Assembly: GCA_050246035.1 (NCBI GenBank)
Contig: JBFWWT010000002.1
Span: 38,980 to 102,979, forward strand
DNA: 64,000 nt
Source: Burkholderiales bacterium
GTDB lineage: Bacteria; Pseudomonadota; Gammaproteobacteria; Burkholderiales; SG8-39
Reading direction: 5' to 3'
Of the stretch, positions 29,885 through 39,758 are shown piece by piece. The position numbers and the translations under genes were made by a program. A model generated the notes under the pieces. The model made no database searches and was not told the DNA's origin. It saw nothing but the letters and a program-made list of their open reading frames with translations. Every line of letters starts with the position of its first letter. Position 1 is the first letter of the stretch.

Positions 29885-30673
29885 TCAGGTCCCCCTCGTG
29901 GCGCCGCCGTCGATGGCGATGGTGGTGCCGGAAATGTACGTGTTGCGCTCGGAGGCGAGGAAGGCGATGAGCGGCGCGATCTCCTCCGGCCGCGCGAAAC
30001 GACCGATAGGGATATCGCGCAGGTATTCCTGCCGGGCTTCGTCTTCTGAGATGCCCATCATCTGCGCCTTCGCCTTCACCATGTAGTCCAGGCGCCGGGT
30101 TTCCATGGGGCAGGGGCTCACGCCGTTGGCGAGGATGCCGTCCTTCACGTACTCGTCGGCGAGCGCCTTGGTGAAGTTGACGAGGCCCGCGTTGGCGACG
30201 CCCGCGGGCATCGCCTGCGATTCGGGCTGGCGCGCGCGATGGCCGATGAGATTGACGATTCGGCCCCAGCGTTGGCGTTGCATGTGCGGCAGCGCCTCGC
30301 GGCAGCAGCGGATGACGCCGTAGAGCTTGAGCTCGAGGCTTTCGCGCCAGGCGTCCTCCGGAAGCGTCAGGAAATCGCCGGACTTCGCCGCGCCGATACT
30401 GTTCACCAGGATGTCGAGGCGGCCGAAGCGCGCGACCGCTTCCTCGACCATGCTGCGGACATCCTCCGGCTTCGTGCAATCTGCGCGCACGGCGAGCACC
30501 TCAGCGCGCGTGCGCTCGCCGATCTCCCTTGTCGCTTCCGCGAGCGCCGCCTCGCCGCGTGCCGCGATCGCCACGCGGCAGCCTTCGGCGGCGAACTCGA
30601 GCGCCGCCGCCTTGCCGATGCCCATGCTGCCGCCGGTGACGAGCGCGCACTTGCCTTTCAGGCCGAGATCCAT
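29885..30673 (-). CDS. SDR-family oxidoreductase
   Basis: 262 aa. Cofactor motif TGGSMGIGKA and an NSIG motif. Typical classical SDR length. Confidence 0.85.
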   Translation of the reverse strand: MDLGLKGKCALVTGGSMGIGKAAALEFAAEGCRVAIAARGEAALAEATREIGERTRAEVLAVRADCTKPEDVRSMVEEAVARFGRLDILVNSIGAAKSGDFLTLPEDAWRESLELKLYGVIRCCREALPHMQRQRWGRIVNLIGHRARQPESQAMPAGVANAGLVNFTKALADEYVKDGILANGVSPCPMETRRLDYMVKAKAQMMGISEDEARQEYLRDIPIGRFARPEEIAPLIAFLASERNTYISGTTIAIDGGATRGT

Positions 30674-30726
30674 GCGCGCATCCTAGCGCGAGCCGTGCCG
30701 CACGCACCCGGGCAGGCCGATGGTGC

Positions 30727-31215
30727 TCACTGCAGGAGCGCCGGATTGCGGCGCCAGACCTCGAAGGTGAGCGCCGAGGCGTAGGTGACCCACGCGAGGT
30801 AGGGCAGCAGCAGGACGGCGGCCGTGCGGCTGACTCGCCAGAACGCGATGACGGTGGCAACGATCAGTGCCCAGAGCAGCAGCACTTCGGCGAACGCCAG
30901 CGCGCCCTGTCGCCAGGCGAAGAAGAGCCAGCTCCACAACGCATTGGCGGCGAGCTGCACCAGAAACAGTCCCAGCGCGATTCGCGCCCCGGCGAAGCCC
31001 TTGGACCGCCACACGAGCCAGGCAGCCACGGTCATCAGGGCGTAGAGCGTCGTCCACGCCGGCGCGAAGAGCCAGCCGGGCGGCGCCCATCCAGGGCGCT
31101 CAAGCGCTGCATAGAATGCGCTTGCGCTCGCCGAACCCAACGCGCCCACGGCGGCCGCGGCAAAGATCACCGCGAGCCAGGCGGCGAGACCGAGCACCTG
31201 GCGTCCTGTCGTCAT
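30727..31215 (-). CDS. tspO: TspO/MBR family tryptophan-rich sensory protein
   Basis: Start at MTTGRQVLGLAAWLAV. Five TM helices and Trp-rich motifs (GWAPPGWLFAPAWTTLY, ANALWSWLFF). Confidence 0.85.
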   Translation of the reverse strand: MTTGRQVLGLAAWLAVIFAAAAVGALGSASASAFYAALERPGWAPPGWLFAPAWTTLYALMTVAAWLVWRSKGFAGARIALGLFLVQLAANALWSWLFFAWRQGALAFAEVLLLWALIVATVIAFWRVSRTAAVLLLPYLAWVTYASALTFEVWRRNPALLQ

Positions 31216-31219
31216 GCCG

Positions 31220-31975
31220 CTAACCGGGCCGGAATTCTCCGTCCCGCACCTCGCGCGCAAAGGTCTCGGCGGCTTCGTGGATGGCGCGGCCCAGGTGCGC
31301 GTACTGTCGGGAGAACGGCGGCCATTTCTCGCCGAGCCCGATGGCATCGTTGATCACCTGCACCTGGCCGTCGCAGGCGGGTCCCGCGCCGATGCCGATG
31401 GTCGGAATGGCCACCGCCCCCGTGATGCGCGCGCCCAGTGCGTCGGGAATATGCTCGAGCACCAGCATGAAGGCGCCGGCCTCCGCGATGCCGATCGCGT
31501 GCTGCGCCACGCGCTCGGCGTCCTGCGCGTCGCGTCCCACCTGCCGGAAGCTGGTCGCGGTCTGCGGCGTGAGCCCGGTGTGCCCGCAGACGTCCACGCC
31601 GTTCGCCACCAGGTGGCGAATGACGTCGTACTTCGGGCCTTCGAGCTTCACGCTGTCGGCTCCCGCTTCGAGCAGCAGCCGCGCGGCGCGCAGCGCGTCC
31701 GGCGGCGCCTCGTCCGTGCCGTAGGGCAGGTCCCCCACGATGTGCGTATCCGGCGCGCCGCGCCGCACGGCGCCGATGTGGTAGCGCATGTGCTCCACCG
31801 TGACGTGGCGCGTGCTGTCGAAGCCCATCTCCGCCATCCCCACCGAGTCGCCCACGAGGATGATCGGGATGCCCGCCTTCTCCAGGCAGCGCGCGACGGG
31901 CGTCGTGTACGCGGTGAGCATGGGAATGCGTGCCTTCGATTTCAGCGCCCGGAACGCGGCGGCGTCGAGCTTCAT
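31220..31975 (-). CDS. panB: 3-methyl-2-oxobutanoate hydroxymethyltransferase
   Basis: 251 aa. Motifs MLTAYT, ILVGDSVGM and KLEGP match PanB. Confidence 0.9.
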   Translation of the reverse strand: MKLDAAAFRALKSKARIPMLTAYTTPVARCLEKAGIPIILVGDSVGMAEMGFDSTRHVTVEHMRYHIGAVRRGAPDTHIVGDLPYGTDEAPPDALRAARLLLEAGADSVKLEGPKYDVIRHLVANGVDVCGHTGLTPQTATSFRQVGRDAQDAERVAQHAIGIAEAGAFMLVLEHIPDALGARITGAVAIPTIGIGAGPACDGQVQVINDAIGLGEKWPPFSRQYAHLGRAIHEAAETFAREVRDGEFRPG

Positions 31976-32113
31976 GGGGCTGAAGGGCGGAAGATTGCTT
32001 GACGGCTCAAGTTGTCCTCGGGGCTCGTGGATGCTCCAGCAGGCTAGTGTACTCGCGCCGCACGGCGAAACGGTTCACGACAGCCGAACCCCGGCGCTAT
32101 ACTTTCCGCCATC

Positions 32114-33754
32114 ATGTCGCAGCCCAATCCCTTCGAGCGCGACCTCGACCGCAATCCCGCCAACTACGCGCCGCTCACGCCCATCCAGTTCCTCGAGCGC
32201 GCGGCCTACGTCTACCCGCAGCGACTCTCGGTGATCCACGGCGCGCGGCGCTTCACCTGGAAGGAGACCTACGCGCGCTGCCGGCGCCTCGCCTCGGCAT
32301 TGAGCCGGCGCGGCATCGGCAAGGGCGACACGGTGTCGGCGATGCTCGCCAACACCCCCGAGATGTACGAGTGCCACTTCGGCGTGCCGATGACGGGCGG
32401 CGTGCTGAACACGCTGAACACGCGGCTGGACGCCGACGCCATCGCGTTCATGCTGAACCACGGCGAAGCGAAGGTGCTGATCACCGACAAGGAGTTCTCG
32501 CCGACGATCGAGGCGGCCCTGAAGAAGATCGGACGCAGGATCACCGTGATCGACGCGGAGGACCCGGAGTACTCCGGCGGCAAGCGCCTGGGCGAGAAGG
32601 ACTACGAGGCGCTGCTCGCCGAGGGCGACCCCGAGTTCGAGTGGCGCTGGCCCGACGACGAATGGCAGGCGATCGCGCTCAACTACACCTCCGGCACGAC
32701 TGGCGACCCCAAGGGCGTCGTGTACAGCCACCGCGGCGCCTACATCAACGGTATCTGCAACATCGTCACCTGGGGCATGCCGCACCACGCGGTGTACCTG
32801 TGGACGCTGCCGATGTTCCACTGCAACGGCTGGTGCTTTCCCTGGACGATGGCGGCGAACGCGGGCACGAACGTGTGCCTGAGGAAGGTGGAAGCCGCGA
32901 AGATCTTCGAGCTGATCAAGTCGCACAGGGTGACGCACTACTGCGGCGCGCCGATCGTGCACTCGACGCTCATCAACGCGCCCGCGGCGATGAAGCAGGG
33001 CATCGCGCACAAGGTTTCCGGCATGGTCGCGGCCGCCGCGCCGCCCGCGGCGATGATCGAGGGCATGGAGAAGATGGGCTTCGACATCACGCACGTCTAC
33101 GGCCTGACCGAGGTCTACGGCCCGGCGACCGTGTGCGCGAAGCACGAGGAGTGGCAGGACCTCGACATCGCGGAGCGCACGCGCCTCAACGGCCGCCAGG
33201 GCGTGCGCTACCTGATGGAGGAGGGGCTGACGGTGATGGACCCCGAGACCATGCAGCCCGTGCCCGCCGACGGCGAGACGATGGGCGAGATCATGTTCCG
33301 CGGCAACATCACCATGAAGGGGTACCTGAAGAATCCGCAGGCCACGCAGAAGGCCTTCGCCGGCGGCTGGTTCCACTCGGGCGACCTCGCGGTGATGCAC
33401 CCCGACGGCTACGTGAAGATCAAGGACCGCTCGAAGGACATCATCATCTCGGGCGGCGAGAACATCTCCTCCATCGAGGTCGAGGACGTGCTCTACCGCC
33501 ACCCGGCGGTGCTGGCCGCCGCCGTGGTCGCCAAGCCCGACGAGAAGTGGGGCGAGACGCCGTGCGCCTTCGTCGAGCTCAAGCCCGACGCGCAGGTGAC
33601 CGAGATCGAGCTGATCGAGTTTTGCCGCGGCCAGATGGCGAAGTTCAAGGCGCCGCGCGCGGTGGTGTTCGGCGAGCTGCCGAAGACCTCTACCGGCAAG
33701 ATCCAGAAGTTCGTATTGCGCGAGAAGGCGAAGTCGGCCTCCGCCATCGAATGA
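32114..33754 (+). CDS. AMP-forming acyl-CoA synthetase (short/medium-chain type)
   Basis: 546 aa. Motifs YTSGTTGDPKGV, YGLTE, SGDLA and STGKIQK. Confidence 0.9.
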   Translation: MSQPNPFERDLDRNPANYAPLTPIQFLERAAYVYPQRLSVIHGARRFTWKETYARCRRLASALSRRGIGKGDTVSAMLANTPEMYECHFGVPMTGGVLNTLNTRLDADAIAFMLNHGEAKVLITDKEFSPTIEAALKKIGRRITVIDAEDPEYSGGKRLGEKDYEALLAEGDPEFEWRWPDDEWQAIALNYTSGTTGDPKGVVYSHRGAYINGICNIVTWGMPHHAVYLWTLPMFHCNGWCFPWTMAANAGTNVCLRKVEAAKIFELIKSHRVTHYCGAPIVHSTLINAPAAMKQGIAHKVSGMVAAAAPPAAMIEGMEKMGFDITHVYGLTEVYGPATVCAKHEEWQDLDIAERTRLNGRQGVRYLMEEGLTVMDPETMQPVPADGETMGEIMFRGNITMKGYLKNPQATQKAFAGGWFHSGDLAVMHPDGYVKIKDRSKDIIISGGENISSIEVEDVLYRHPAVLAAAVVAKPDEKWGETPCAFVELKPDAQVTEIELIEFCRGQMAKFKAPRAVVFGELPKTSTGKIQKFVLREKAKSASAIE

Positions 33755-33764
33755 GGAGAAACCC

Positions 33765-34556
33765 ATGAGCGCCGTACCCCAGTCCGAGCAGCCGCCGCTG
33801 CGGCGCGAGGATCGCGACGGCATCGCGACCCTCACGCTCAACCGTCCGCAGCAGATGAACCTGCTGACGGGCGAGATGCTCTCCGCGCTGCAGTCCGCCT
33901 TCGACGCGATCGCCAAGGACGCCTCGGTGCGCGTCGTCGTCCTCGCCGCGAACGGCAAGGGCTTCTGCGCGGGGCACGACCTGAAGGAGATCAGGGCGCT
34001 GAAGGAGCTGCCGAAGATCGAGGCGCTGTTCAAGCAGTGCAGCCGCATGATGACCACCATCCCGAAGCTGCCGCAGCCGGTGATCGCCAAGGTGCAGGGC
34101 GCGGCCGCTGCCGCGGGCTGCCAGCTCGTCGCGCAGTGCGACCTCGCGATTGCGGTGGATACCGCGAAGTTCGTGACCTCGGGGGTTACCTGGGGCTTCT
34201 TCTGCTCGACGCCCGGTGTGGCGGTCGGGCGCAACCTGCAGCGCAAGCACGCGCTGGAGATGCTGCTCGTGGGCGACCCGATCGGCGCGCAGCAGGCGAT
34301 GCAGTGGGGCCTCGTCAACAAGGTAGTACCAGCCGACGAGCTCGACGCGGCGACGCAGGACCTCGCCGCCAAACTCGCCGCCAAGCCTCCCGCCACGCTG
34401 GCCGCGGGCAAGCGCGGCTACTACCAGCAGATGGACCTCGGGCTGGAGAAGGCCTACGAGCTCGCGGGCCGCATCATCGCCGAGTCGTTCGTGCACGAGG
34501 AGGGGCGCGCCGGCATGGACGCGTTCATCGACAAGCGCCCCCCGCCGAAGCACTAG
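33765..34556 (+). CDS. Enoyl-CoA hydratase/isomerase (crotonase) family protein
   Basis: 263 aa. Crotonase fold signatures (FCAGHDLKE, AKVQGAAAAAGCQL). Confidence 0.9.
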   Translation: MSAVPQSEQPPLRREDRDGIATLTLNRPQQMNLLTGEMLSALQSAFDAIAKDASVRVVVLAANGKGFCAGHDLKEIRALKELPKIEALFKQCSRMMTTIPKLPQPVIAKVQGAAAAAGCQLVAQCDLAIAVDTAKFVTSGVTWGFFCSTPGVAVGRNLQRKHALEMLLVGDPIGAQQAMQWGLVNKVVPADELDAATQDLAAKLAAKPPATLAAGKRGYYQQMDLGLEKAYELAGRIIAESFVHEEGRAGMDAFIDKRPPPKH

Positions 34557-34557
34557 G

Positions 34558-35004
34558 ATGGGCCGCTACTACGACGACTTCGCGGTCGGCGACACCTACA
34601 AGCATTGGCCGGGCCGCACGGTCACCGCGGCCGACAACACCTGGTTCACGCTGCTCACGATGAACCAGCACCCGATCCACTTCGACGAGGAGTACGCGAA
34701 GGGCACGGAGTTCGGCAAGCCGCTGGTCAACTCGACGCTCACGCTCGCCATCGTGGTGGGCATGAGCGTGCAGGACGTGAGCCAGAACGCCATCGCCAAC
34801 CTCGGCTGGACCGACATCGCCATGCCCGCGCCCGTCTTCAACGGCGACACGCTCTACGCCGAGTCCACGGTGCTCGACAAGCGCGAATCGAAGTCCCGGC
34901 CCGGGCAGGGCATCGTCACGGTCGCCACGCGCGCCTGGAAGCAGGACGGCGCGACGGTCATGACCTTCAAGCGATCCATCCTCGTCCCGAAGAAGAAGTC
35001 ATGA
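34558..35004 (+). CDS. MaoC-like (R)-specific hydratase/dehydratase (hotdog fold)
   Basis: 148 aa. Contains MNQHPIHFDEEYA, the hydratase-2 motif context. Confidence 0.85.
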   Translation: MGRYYDDFAVGDTYKHWPGRTVTAADNTWFTLLTMNQHPIHFDEEYAKGTEFGKPLVNSTLTLAIVVGMSVQDVSQNAIANLGWTDIAMPAPVFNGDTLYAESTVLDKRESKSRPGQGIVTVATRAWKQDGATVMTFKRSILVPKKKS

Positions 35005-36140
35005 GCGAAGACAGCCAGATCCTCGATGCGATCTCGAAGTGGCTCGAGCGCGACGTGCGCCCGAAGGCGCGCGAGCTGGAGAAGAAGGACGAGTACCCGG
35101 AGAAAATGGTCGAGCAGATGACGGAACTGGGCCTGTTCGGCGCCACCATCCCCGAGCAGTACGGCGGCCTCGGGCTTTCGGCCTCGACCTACGCGAAGAT
35201 CGTCGCGCGCATCTCCGAAGTCTGGATGTCGCTCACCGGCATCTTCAACTCGCACCTCATCATGGCGGCGGCCGTGGCGCGCTACGGCACCGAGGAGCAG
35301 AAGCAGCGCTTCCTGCCGAAGTTCGCCTCGGGCGAGATCCGCGGCGGGCTCGCGCTGACCGAGCCCGACTGCGGCACCGACCTGCAGGCGATCCGCACGA
35401 AGGCGGTGAAGGACGGCAAGGACTACGTCATCAACGGCACCAAGACCTGGATCTCGAACGGCATCAAGGGCTCGTGCTTCGCGCTGCTCGTCAAGACGGA
35501 CCCCAACGCCAGTCCGCGCCACAAGGGCATGACGATGTTCCTCGCCGAGAAGGGCAAGGGCTTTCGCGTGTCGAAGAAGCTGGAAAAGCTCGGCTACAAG
35601 GGTATCGACTCCGCCGAGCTCATCTTCGAGGACTACCGCGTGCCGGCGGCGAACCTGATCGGCGGTGCGGAAGGCAAGGGCTTCCACCACGCCATCGGCG
35701 GCCTGGAGCTCGGGCGCATCAACGTCGCCGCGCGCGGCGTGGGCGTGGCCACCGCCGCGCTGAAGGACTCGGTGGCCTACGCCCAGGTGCGCAAGACCTT
35801 CGGCAAGCCGATCGCCGAGCACCAGGCGATCCAGCTCAAGCTCGGCGAGATGGCGACGCGCTGCGAGGCCGCGCGCCTGCTGGTGGAGAACGCGGCGCGC
35901 GCCTACGACGCGGGCGAGCGCTGCGACATGGAGGCCGGCATGGCGAAGTACTTCGCCTCGGAAGCGGCGCTGGAGAATTCCATCGAGGCGGTGCGCATCC
36001 ACGGCGGCTACGGCTACTCCACCGAGTTCGACGTCGAGCGCTACTACCGCGACGCGCCGCTCATGTGCATCGGCGAGGGCACGAACGAGATGCAGCGCAT
36101 CATCATCGCCAAGCAGCTCATCGCGCGGAATCCCGCCTGA
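35001..36140 (+). CDS. Acyl-CoA dehydrogenase
   Basis: Start at MSEDSQILDAI (ATGA overlap). Typical ACAD architecture ending ...YYRDAPLMCIGEGTNEMQRIIIAKQL. Confidence 0.9.
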   Translation: MSEDSQILDAISKWLERDVRPKARELEKKDEYPEKMVEQMTELGLFGATIPEQYGGLGLSASTYAKIVARISEVWMSLTGIFNSHLIMAAAVARYGTEEQKQRFLPKFASGEIRGGLALTEPDCGTDLQAIRTKAVKDGKDYVINGTKTWISNGIKGSCFALLVKTDPNASPRHKGMTMFLAEKGKGFRVSKKLEKLGYKGIDSAELIFEDYRVPAANLIGGAEGKGFHHAIGGLELGRINVAARGVGVATAALKDSVAYAQVRKTFGKPIAEHQAIQLKLGEMATRCEAARLLVENAARAYDAGERCDMEAGMAKYFASEAALENSIEAVRIHGGYGYSTEFDVERYYRDAPLMCIGEGTNEMQRIIIAKQLIARNPA

Positions 36141-37315
36141 TGCTGCCCCTGGCGGGGGTGCGCATCATCGCGGTGGAGGTGTACGGCGCCGGTCCCTTCG
36201 GCACCACGCACCTCGCCGACCTCGGCGCCGAGGTGATCAAGATCGAGCCGCGCGAGGGCGGCGACGTCTCGCGCTCCGTCGGCCCGTATTTTCTGGGCGA
36301 GGACGACAGCGTCTTCTTCCAGTCGCTCAACCGCAACAAGAAGTCGCTGACCCTCGATCTCAAGCACCCGAAGGGCAGGGAGGTGCTGGAAAAGCTCGCC
36401 GCCACGGCCGACGGCCTGCTCTCCAACCTGCGCGGCGACCAGCCCGAGAAGCTGCGCATCCGCCACGCCGACCTCGCGCACGCCAATGCGAAGCTCGTCT
36501 GCGCGCACCTCTCGGCCTACGGGCGCGACGGCTCGAGGAAGTCCTGGCCGGGCTACGACTACCTGATGCAGGGCGAGGCGGGCTTCCTCGGCCTCTCCGG
36601 CGAGCCCGACGGGCCTCCCGCGCGCATGGGCCTGTCGATCGTCGATTACTCGACCGGCACGACCTGCGCGCTCGGCCTGCTCGCCGGGATCCTGGAAGCG
36701 CGCCGCACGGGCAAGGGGCGCGATCTCGACGTGTCCCTGTACGACGTCGCCATGCATCTCCTGAACTACCCGGCGGCGTGGTACCTGAACAACGGCCTCG
36801 TCACCGAGCGCGTCGCACGCTCGGCGCATCCCTTCATCGCGCCTTCGCAGCTCTACCGCACGCAGGACGGCTGGATCTTCGTGATGGCGCAGACGCAGGG
36901 CTTCTGGGAGAAGCTCGCCGACGCCCTGGGCCGCGGCGAGTTGAAGGCAAAGTACCCGAGTTTCGAAGCGCGCCGCGCGCATCGCGACGAGCTGACGAAG
37001 ATCCTCGATGGAGAGTTCGCGAAGCGCAGTACGGAAGACTGGCTCAAGCAGCTGCGAGGCACGGTGCCCTGCAGCCCGGTGTACGACCTGCCAAAGGCGC
37101 TGGAGAACCCTTACTTCCTCGAGCGCGGCGGCGTGCAGGTGTTCGACCACCCGGACAAGCCCGGCTTCAAGCTCGTGGCGAGCCCGTTCCGGCTGAATGA
37201 GCCGCTGCCGGCGCAGCCGGCGCCGAAGCTCGGCGAGCACAGCGAGGCGCTGCTGAGGGACCTGGGCTACGCCGACGCCGAGATCGCGAGCCTGAAAGCG
37301 CAAGGAGCCGTGTGA
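36140..37315 (+). CDS. Family III CoA-transferase (CaiB/BaiF family), copy 1
   Basis: Start at MLPLAGVRIIAVEVYGAGPFGT, where the ATG shares its A with the upstream TGA. Typical family III N-terminus and length. Confidence 0.85.
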   Translation: MLPLAGVRIIAVEVYGAGPFGTTHLADLGAEVIKIEPREGGDVSRSVGPYFLGEDDSVFFQSLNRNKKSLTLDLKHPKGREVLEKLAATADGLLSNLRGDQPEKLRIRHADLAHANAKLVCAHLSAYGRDGSRKSWPGYDYLMQGEAGFLGLSGEPDGPPARMGLSIVDYSTGTTCALGLLAGILEARRTGKGRDLDVSLYDVAMHLLNYPAAWYLNNGLVTERVARSAHPFIAPSQLYRTQDGWIFVMAQTQGFWEKLADALGRGELKAKYPSFEARRAHRDELTKILDGEFAKRSTEDWLKQLRGTVPCSPVYDLPKALENPYFLERGGVQVFDHPDKPGFKLVASPFRLNEPLPAQPAPKLGEHSEALLRDLGYADAEIASLKAQGAV

Positions 37316-38484
37316 TGAAGCTCGAGGGCATCCGCGTCATCGACCTCACGCGCTTCCTCCCCGGGCCGCTCGCCACGCAGATGATGGCCGACCAGGGCGC
37401 CGAGGTGGTGAAGGTCGAGTCGATCGAGGAGGGCGAGCCGACGCGAGAGATCGGCGCGAAGCGCGACGGCTTGAGCGTCTACTTCGCCAACACCCAGCGC
37501 GGCAAGCAGAGCCTCGCGCTGAACCTGAAGGACCCGCGGGGCGTCGAGATCCTCATGCGCCTCGCGCAGACGTCAGACGTGCTGATCGAGTCCTTCCGTC
37601 CCGGCGTCGTGGATCGCCTGGGCATCGGCTACGCGCAGGTGGCGAAGCGGGCGCCGAAGATCGTCTACGCCTCGATCGCCGCCTTCGGGCAGACGGGTCC
37701 CTATCGCGACCTCGCGACGCACGATCTCGGCACCGAGGCGCTGACCGGCGTGCTGTCGCTCAACGTCGGCGGCGACGGCAAACCCGCGATGCCGGCGCTC
37801 GCCAACGCCGACATGCTGGTCGCCACGATGACGCTCGCCGGCGTGGCGATGGCGCTCTTGCGCCGCAAGGACACCGGCCAGGGCGACTATCTGGACATGG
37901 CGATGGCGGACGCGCTGCTCGCCTGCCTCGCCAACAACATGGGCGTCGCCATGACCGAGCGGCGCCAGCTCGACCCGAGGTCGGAGCGCACGCTGGGCGG
38001 CAACGCGCTCTACAACATCTACGAGACGAAGGACGGCGACTTCGTCGTGCTCGGCGGCCAGGAGCTCAAGTTCGCGAAGAACCTGCTCGAGCCGTTGGGG
38101 CGCGCCGACCTCGTGGAGCTGTGCAAGCTGCCGCCGGGCCCGGGCCAGGATCCGGTGCGCGCGTTCCTGAAGGACAGCTTCCGCACGAAGACCAAGGCCG
38201 AGTGGGTCGAATGGTTCAAGGGGCGCGACATCGCTTTCGCGCCGACGAAGACACTGCCCGAGGTGCTGGAGGACGAGCATTTCAAGGCGCGCCGCATGGT
38301 GCTGAAGGATCACCGCGGCTGGGACCACCTCGGCATCCCGATCGCGTATCGCGAGGAGCCCGGGCGCGTGAGCTTCGACGCGCCCGCGCACGGCGAGCAC
38401 TCCGCCGAGATCCTGCGCAGGCTCGGCTACGCGGACGCGGAGATCGCTCGCCTGGCGTCCGCGGGCGTCATCAGGTCCCCTTGA
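37312..38484 (+). CDS. Family III CoA-transferase / alpha-methylacyl-CoA racemase-like, copy 2
   Basis: MMKLEGIRVIDLTRFLPGPLATQMMADQGAEVVKVE is the canonical family III N-terminus. ATGA overlap with copy 1. Confidence 0.85.
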   Translation: MMKLEGIRVIDLTRFLPGPLATQMMADQGAEVVKVESIEEGEPTREIGAKRDGLSVYFANTQRGKQSLALNLKDPRGVEILMRLAQTSDVLIESFRPGVVDRLGIGYAQVAKRAPKIVYASIAAFGQTGPYRDLATHDLGTEALTGVLSLNVGGDGKPAMPALANADMLVATMTLAGVAMALLRRKDTGQGDYLDMAMADALLACLANNMGVAMTERRQLDPRSERTLGGNALYNIYETKDGDFVVLGGQELKFAKNLLEPLGRADLVELCKLPPGPGQDPVRAFLKDSFRTKTKAEWVEWFKGRDIAFAPTKTLPEVLEDEHFKARRMVLKDHRGWDHLGIPIAYREEPGRVSFDAPAHGEHSAEILRRLGYADAEIARLASAGVIRSP

Positions 38485-39362
38485 AGCGCACGCTCGTCGT
38501 CCTCAACCCGGTCGCGGGCAGGGGGCGGGTGCGCCGCGAGTGGCCGCGCATGGCGGCGCGACTGCGCGAAGCGGGCGTTGAATTCGAGATGACCGAGACG
38601 AGCGCGCCGGGCGAAGCCGAGCGCATCGCGGCGGGCGCGGACAATTACGAAGTCGTGGTCGCCGCGGGCGGCGACGGCACCGTGCACGAGGTGGCGAACG
38701 GCCTGCTGCGCGCAGGCGCCGGGGTCGCGCTCGGGGTGCTGCCCCTGGGCAGCGGCGACGACTTCGCCAAGATGCTGCCGCCGGGCGAGGCGGTGGCGCG
38801 CATCGCGCGCGGCACGGCGCGACCTATGGATGCGGGGCGCATCCGCAGCGAGAGCGGCGAGCGCTACTTCGCGAACGGCATGGACATCGGCTTCGGCGCG
38901 CACGCGGCGCGCAACGTGCGCCGGGTGCCGCGGCCCTTTACCGGCTTCGGCGCCTATCTTGGCGCGCTTGCCATGACGCTCGTGCGCTATCCCAAGCTCG
39001 ACGTGAGCCTGCAGCTGGACGAGGGCGAGGCCTTCGCGCACACGACCACGATGACGGCTGTGATGAACGGGCGCGCCTTCGGCGGCTCCTTCCACGTCTG
39101 CCCGGGCGCCTGCGCCGACGACGGACTGCTCGATCTGCTGATCGCCGACGGCGTCGGGCGGCTGGAGATCCTGGGCCTGGTGCCGAAGATCCTGCGCGGT
39201 GCGCACGCGGGCCATCCCCGGCTGCAGTTGCGTCAGGCGAAGCGCGTGCTCATCGAGTCGGACGCGCCGCTGTTGGTGGAGGCTGACGGCGAGATCGCCT
39301 TCGAGGACGCGCAGCGCCTGGAGATCGAGGTGCTGCCGGGGGCGCTGAGGGTGCTCGCGTGA
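38481..39362 (+). CDS. Diacylglycerol/lipid kinase family protein (YegS/BmrU-like)
   Basis: TTG start in a TTGA overlap with the upstream stop. Motifs LVVLNPVAGRG, AAGGDGTVHEV and LGVLPLGSGDDFA. Confidence 0.8.
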   Translation: MKRTLVVLNPVAGRGRVRREWPRMAARLREAGVEFEMTETSAPGEAERIAAGADNYEVVVAAGGDGTVHEVANGLLRAGAGVALGVLPLGSGDDFAKMLPPGEAVARIARGTARPMDAGRIRSESGERYFANGMDIGFGAHAARNVRRVPRPFTGFGAYLGALAMTLVRYPKLDVSLQLDEGEAFAHTTTMTAVMNGRAFGGSFHVCPGACADDGLLDLLIADGVGRLEILGLVPKILRGAHAGHPRLQLRQAKRVLIESDAPLLVEADGEIAFEDAQRLEIEVLPGALRVLA

Positions 39363-39682
39363 TTTCCCGCATGCTAGTATCCGCCCGCGTGAATCGCCCC
39401 TGGGTCGTGCGCACCGTCGCCTTGCTGCTGGTCCTCGTGGGCCTGCAGGCGGGCGCGTTCCGGGATCTGCCGACCCATGACGAGCGCTACTACGGCGCGG
39501 AGGACTACGGCGTCGCCGTGGCGCCCGAGTCGGCCAAGCCTCACGCGCTGCCGCCTGCAGAGCCCGCCGCGCAGTTGCCGCACGCGCCCTACCGGGCGTT
39601 CGCCATGCCGCCGGCGCTCGTTGGCGCGGCGGCCGCCCACGCGTTCCATCTTCCCGACCCCACCGGCCCCCCGCGGGCCTGA
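39359..39682 (+). CDS. Hypothetical membrane-anchored/secreted protein (107 aa)
   Basis: GTGA overlap with the kinase stop. One hydrophobic segment (VVRTVALLLVLVGLQAG) followed by a Pro/Ala-rich tail. No family recognised, so this is a weak call. Confidence 0.35.
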   Translation: MISRMLVSARVNRPWVVRTVALLLVLVGLQAGAFRDLPTHDERYYGAEDYGVAVAPESAKPHALPPAEPAAQLPHAPYRAFAMPPALVGAAAAHAFHLPDPTGPPRA

Positions 39683-39758
39683 TCCCGACTTCTAGCCGCT
39701 CGTTCCGGATCATCGCGATGCGGCGCGCCACGCGCGCCCGTCGCACAGGGAGTGGAAT

